Assembly: GCA_964016885.1 (NCBI GenBank)
Contig: OZ024740.1
Span: forward strand, 11,222,001 to 11,286,000
Source: Eledone cirrhosa
Taxonomy: Eukaryota
Direction of reading: 5' to 3'
Length of the DNA stretch: 64,000 nucleotides
This document shows, one piece after another, positions 58,573 through 64,000 of this stretch. The translations under genes were made by a program, and so were the position numbers. The notes below the pieces were generated by a model, which saw nothing but the letters and a program-made list of their open reading frames with translations, was not told where the DNA came from and did not search any database. Positions within the stretch are counted from its first letter, which is position 1; each line of letters starts with the position of its first letter.

Positions 58573-61500
58573 GTTTTCTTTATTAACCACAAGGGTTCAC
58601 ATAAAGTAGACATTAAGGACAGTACAGGACAATACAGGACGGTACAAATGGGCATTTCTGCGTGTAAAAAAACAGAGGTTGAAATAAAATAACAAAGAAA
58701 AATTCCCCAATAGGGGGGAGACTTCCAAGGGACATTTGTGGAGAAAGCCCATTAAAAGACCACAGTGGCCCTGACCACCAGGGCAAGTGCCCTCTCCCAG
58801 TTTTCCACCTTTAATTTACAGACACATACTCAGAGAAGGCCCATTCATTCGGGCCATACTTGCTTCTCTCACCCATCTTTCAACAAAATGCTGGGAAGAG
58901 AGCACTTCCCTCTCTACCCTGATTTTCCTTTTCAAATGAAATTTGAAAAAGTTAATCAGGGCATCACCTAAGAGTTAAGTGCTCGTCTTCAGCCCTTTCA
59001 AACGTGTCCACCATACTATCTCTTTCGCCATGGCCACCAGACAGATAAAAACTGCCTGCCCTTCCAGGCTAAAGGAAGGGGGCGGGGCAATCCTCACGAT
59101 GGACTCAGCTGATAGCTGGATCCGTCCTACACGTGACAGCAGGTGTTCGACATAAACCCACAAGTCAGCAATGCTCGGACACTGGACGAGTGCGTGCAGG
59201 ACGGTTTCGTCGCCCTGCGCGCATCTCGGACATGCCCGGCTGACGGCACCTCCATGCCTGTAGAGTTTATCCCGAACTGGCAAAGCTCCTCGGTAGCACT
59301 GCCAGGCCAGGGATTTCTGGAAGTTGTCCATAGGCCCCGGCCCGAAAGTCCTTCCGAAGAGATTGGCTAGTTGATTTTCGTCGACGCCTAGAGTTTCTCC
59401 AAGTACGTCGTCGCTCTTCCCCTCCACTAATCCCCTATAGAACGCCAAGGTGGAGTTTCCACCGATCACATTGCCCGATTGGTCGAGGGCTGTGAGCGCC
59501 TGAAGACATTCCAGTCTCCAAGCGCTCCCTCTCGGTCTTCGCTTGACCCAGGACTGCAGCTCCGTCAAGGAGACGAGCTGGGGAAAAACGTGTCTTGCAA
59601 ACGGCGACCACACCTGATCACCGTCGAGGAAGAGGTGGAGATGTCGTGGCCTGAGCACGTGTCTGCGCATCATCAGCCACGGCATGCCCAGCCCTCCACG
59701 TAGCGGGTGTTGACAGCAGATGGACCGCCTGACCATCGGAGCGCGTCCCTTCCACAAGAAGCGAAAGAGCAAACGCTCCAGCGCAGTCAGGCGGGGCTTA
59801 GGACAAGGTACGACGGTCAGGCGGTAGTAGATGACGGATGCGATGTACGCATTCGCCACCTCCGCTCGACCTTTCAGGGATAGCTTCCTCTCGGCCCATT
59901 TCTGGGTGAGAGAAGCCACCCTGCTCGTCACCTCGTCCCAGTTTTTGTCCGTCTGGAGGTCTGGACCGAACCAGACCCCTAGCAATTTAACCGGTCCGTC
60001 CGTCCAGCGCCCGACGACGCTGTTGGACGGCATGGACCTGACTCTCCAGGTGCCGAGCTGCAGGCCCACTGACTTTTCCTGGTTGATCATTGCTCCTGTC
60101 ACCGCTTCGTATTCTCTTAGTGTAGTGCCGATCGCCTCGATGTGTTTGGCGTTCGACACCACTACGGTGACATCGTCGGCATATGCTGACACGGATCTTC
60201 CGCATCCTAGTTCGCGCGGGACCCCCCTCAACGTCTCCAGTTTGTGCAGTAATGGCTCGAGAGTCAATACGTACAATAGGGACGAGAGGGGACATCCTTG
60301 GCGGACCGAGCGCATGATGTTGAACGGTTCCGAAAGGTGACCGTTCACTCTCACTACAGAGCAGATGTCGCTGTGCATGGCAGCGATCCAGCCTCTGAAG
60401 ACGGGCCCAAAGCCAGCCGCCCTCAGGACTGCCGCTAGGTAACGATGGTCGACCCTATCGAAGGCTTTCGACTGATCTAAATTGATCAAAGACCCACCCA
60501 GGTTCCCTAGCTACCCTCTCTACGATGTATCGCATGAGGTGGAGGTTGTCGTGGATGGATCTGTCGGGAATGGCGCATGTCTGTGCCTCTCCCACCAGAC
60601 CACCAACGACAAGCGCCAACCTCTTTGCTAGCACCTTGGCCAAAATCTTGAACTCTGTTTTTAGCAGAGTTATAGGCCTAAAATTATCTATGTTATCCCC
60701 CTTGTTCGGATCCTTTCTCAGCAGCGCCACCGCTCCTCGGCTCACAGAGCTGGGAATTCTCCCGTTCTGTTGCCAGTTGCAGTAGACGTCCGCCAAGAGG
60801 CCTCCGAACAAGTTTGGCATTTGTACGTAAAGTTCATAGGGCAGACCATCCAAACCAGGCGATTTACCTCTTGTGCAACTGGTCATTGCATCCCGTACTT
60901 CAGCGGTTGTTATCGGCTTTTCGCAACACTCCGCCTCAGTGGCCGAAAGCCGCGGCAGTCCGTCGAGGTAGACATTAAAGTCCATCCCTTGATCCGGCCT
61001 GCCACTGCCCCCGAACAGTTGAGCGAAGTGTCGTTGAAAAGCTTCGCACATTTGCCCGGGATCGAGTAGCATGCGCCCGTCGTGGTCCACCAAAGACCGG
61101 ATCGTGGCTTTGTTGCCACGACGCGCCTCCGCCACTCGGGCCCATTGAACGGCTTTCGTCCCCTCGTGTCTGAGAGCACGCACCCTAGCTCTGACAACGC
61201 AGCCTTCGTGCTTTGCATTGAAGAGTTGGTCAAGGGCCAATTTCGCCGCAAGTACGTCGGTCGCGATGCCTTTGCTAAGCGCCTCATCTAATTTTCTAAC
61301 TAATTCTCCCTCTGCTCTATTTTTCTCTATTGCTAAAGTCTTACTAAACCTAATGGACTCTATTTTAATTGCTCTTTTCAGAGCAAACCACCACTTGTTG
61401 TTGACGATGGCCCCCGTCAACGCCCGCTTAACTAGTTCGCTAATCCGGTCTCTGTAGGTCTTGCGCGCTGGTAAGGACGCGTTTAGCTTCCAGTAGCCGG

Positions 61501-64000
61501 GTCCTCGTCTATGAAGCCTATCTAAGTCAAGCACACAGATCACGAATTTGTGGTCCGTGTAGCTGACTATCTTGAATTGTGGACATCCTATGCTAGACCT
61601 ATCTATTTCCCTACAAAATACTCTATCTAGATATGATCTGGATGACCCTATGCGATTTGTCCAAGTCCACATTGGTACATTCGGGAAATCCATTCGGTAC
61701 CTGTCAGACAGTTCAAAACGTCTGAGCAGGTTGGTGAGACTCTTGCACCCTCCTTCCCTATCCACTAATCCCACACAATCCCAGCGTGCATCTAAGATCC
61801 CGTTCCAGTCGCCCACTAACACTAAAGAGCGGGACGTTCCAAGAAAGGTCTCCAGACGCCGGAAGAAATCAGGCCGCCCTGCTCCTGTCGGGGCATAGAC
61901 GGCCACTAACCTGAAAGCTTGCCCGTCTCCGCTGGTCACGTCCAGCACCACCAACTTACCTTCTGGGTCCAGGAAGATGGCCCGTATGGCAAGATCCAAA
62001 CCTCTCCGAAAAAGCACAGCAACTCCTCCCCCCGATCCCGGACGGCTGGGAGATGCGTACACATCGTAGCCGCCGAAGATCGGTGCGAAAGCCTGTGCTT
62101 CGGAGATTCTGGTCTCGCTGATGGCCACTACATCTATGTTTAGTGACCTGAGGTCGTTGAGCAGGTGGCCCTGCTTCCATGACGACCCCAAGCCACGCGC
62201 ATTTATGCTGCCTATTCTGAGTGAGGTCATGTTGAAAAGGAGTGGAAAAGATGGGAAAGACCACTTACCTTACTTCTCGTAGGGGAAGGACGGTTTTTCC
62301 ATCCTTTTCACTGCTTGTGGCCTCCTCAGGAAGGATGTCCTTATAAATCCTCCTGGAGAGTGCTTGTCGGAAGTCTCCGATGTCTTTGGGGAATTTTTGT
62401 TTTAGTGTCATGTACGTTTTCTGTGTGATGCGAGTGATTTGTATGTGTGGAGGTGGTGTGAATTTTGGGGTTGTTGTGTAGTCTTTTTCTGTGATGCTGG
62501 TGTTGTGTTGGATGTAGTGCAATAATTGCTTGTTGTTCAAATTTAATGCTGTGTAGTGTGTATCGTTTTGGTTGTTTTGTTTTGTTTGCGTTTGTTGTGG
62601 GTTTGTTTCTGTTTCGCATTTTGGTGACTTTTGTGGTGTAGGTGATGGTGGTGTTGGAGTTAATGATGGTGATGGTGTTGGTGTTTGGGTTGATGGGGTT
62701 GGTGATGCTGGTGTGGATGGTGGCATATCTGTCCTAACTTTTTTGTTTCTTAGTTTATTTGTTTCCCTCTGTATTTTGTTTTTGGAGGGGGAAGGAAGAG
62801 AATTTTTTCTTTTTTGGTTTCTTTTTTTTTTCCGGATATCGTTTCCCACTCCTCGTCGTCACAATCTCTCTCTAGTTGTGATAGGCCGGGGAGTGGAAAA
62901 TCCTCCACAGCCGTTAGTTTTGGTTGTGGTGTGGTGGATGGTGTAGGCGCTGGTGCTAGTTCTGAAGCGTTGGGTGGTGGTGGTGTTGGTTTTGCTGGTG
63001 GTGGTAGTGGTGTTGGTTTTGCTACTGTTGCTGGGGTTGTTGCTGTTATAGTTGCTTCTGTTGTTGCTGCTACAGTTGTTGCTGCCATCTCTGCTACTGG
63101 TGGTGTTGATGGTTGTGTCACTGGGGTGGGTAGGAGAGGTGGCCTCAACCTTTTAGCCTGAGGGCAGAAAGCCCTTAGGTGGGTTCCTTCACCACCAACG
63201 ACACACCTAGGTCTTCTGCCCTCGACAATTACCGTGAGGTGGCTGCCGTCAGTGAGGTCTATTACCTCTGGGATCTCCTCAATGATTTTTTGGTCCGCTT
63301 GGATCAGGAGCTCCATCCCAGATCCGGACCAGTTTTCCTGCTTTTCTTTTGCTATTGTTATTATTTTCGTGTTGGCCTCGATGCCAGCGATGACAGCCGC
63401 TATTAGCCAGGGAATTTCGATGGCCGGTGGAACGTGGGTCACCCTGATCTTTACGAGTCTCTGGCCACAATAGCTTGGGACGAGTGTGAAGTCGTCACTT
63501 TTTAATGGGGCCATGGAGTGTTCTCTAGCCTCCTCTGGTGTTTCAAAGAACACATCCACGGTTCCATACTTTTGCCCACGTCTGATGTGGGTTTTTCTTG
63601 CCCACACATGTCTCAAAGCTTTTTGGATTTGGGACTCGGATGCCCGTTCCACTCGGCGCGATTTTACATTTTTTGTTCTATACGACACGGTGCACTGGCG
63701 CCGATGCTCCATTTTATTAGGTGGGGGGGGGGTGAGACTGACCCTGTACCCATCTTTCTTTACCATTTGTTTGGCATTTTCTAAATCTTCTTGAGTTACC
63801 GTGAACGCTTCGAATTGTTTTGCTACGATGGCGAAACTGAGGGTCGGTTTTATAATGTCATTGTTGTTGTTGTTGCTATCGTTAGTATTAATTTTATTTT
63901 CAGTTGTGGTGGTGGTGACGTCAGTCGTCTTTGGTGGGGAAGAGTCCATTTTGCTTGATTTCATTTCGACGTCACGAGTTAATTTATTTTTTTCTTCTTT
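58573..64000 (-). mobile_element. Tx1/L1-type LINE, family B, frameshifted; 5' end runs off the window
   Basis: ORF1 63964-62265 (frameshift at an A-run near 62830; degenerate knuckle CVVGGEGTHLRAFC). ORF2 from ATG 62230 with frameshifts near 60490 and 58975; APE, AYADD, CPRC..H..C motifs. Confidence 0.92.

Overview
Gene-free, repeat-saturated eukaryotic DNA. The tRNA-head/MESC-type SINE, the RTE tails and the huge (TA)n tracts suggest a cephalopod such as Octopus (inference). No host protein-coding gene is supported; most ORF-track entries are microsatellite artefacts. The window holds three RTE LINEs whose RT carries an inserted PHD finger, and two Penelope-like elements (PLEs) of Hydra-clade type (RT plus C-terminal GIY-YIG). 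One PLE is intact and in the classic inverted/partial-tandem layout. There are also two Tx1/L1-type LINE families, an R4/Dong-type RLE retrotransposon, two tRNA-derived SINE heads, a 200-N gap and several large satellites. The main non-obvious signal is a dense population of type-I hammerhead ribozymes (HHRs) in the short islands between (TA)n tracts: 7 complete folds plus 1 imperfect one, from about 6 unrelated sequence families. One family has a compensatory U3:A8 core. Several foldback mini-elements have their inversion junction in HHR stem II, and their two ends follow a fixed long-end/short-end rule. All RNA folds were read by eye and need computational and experimental confirmation.
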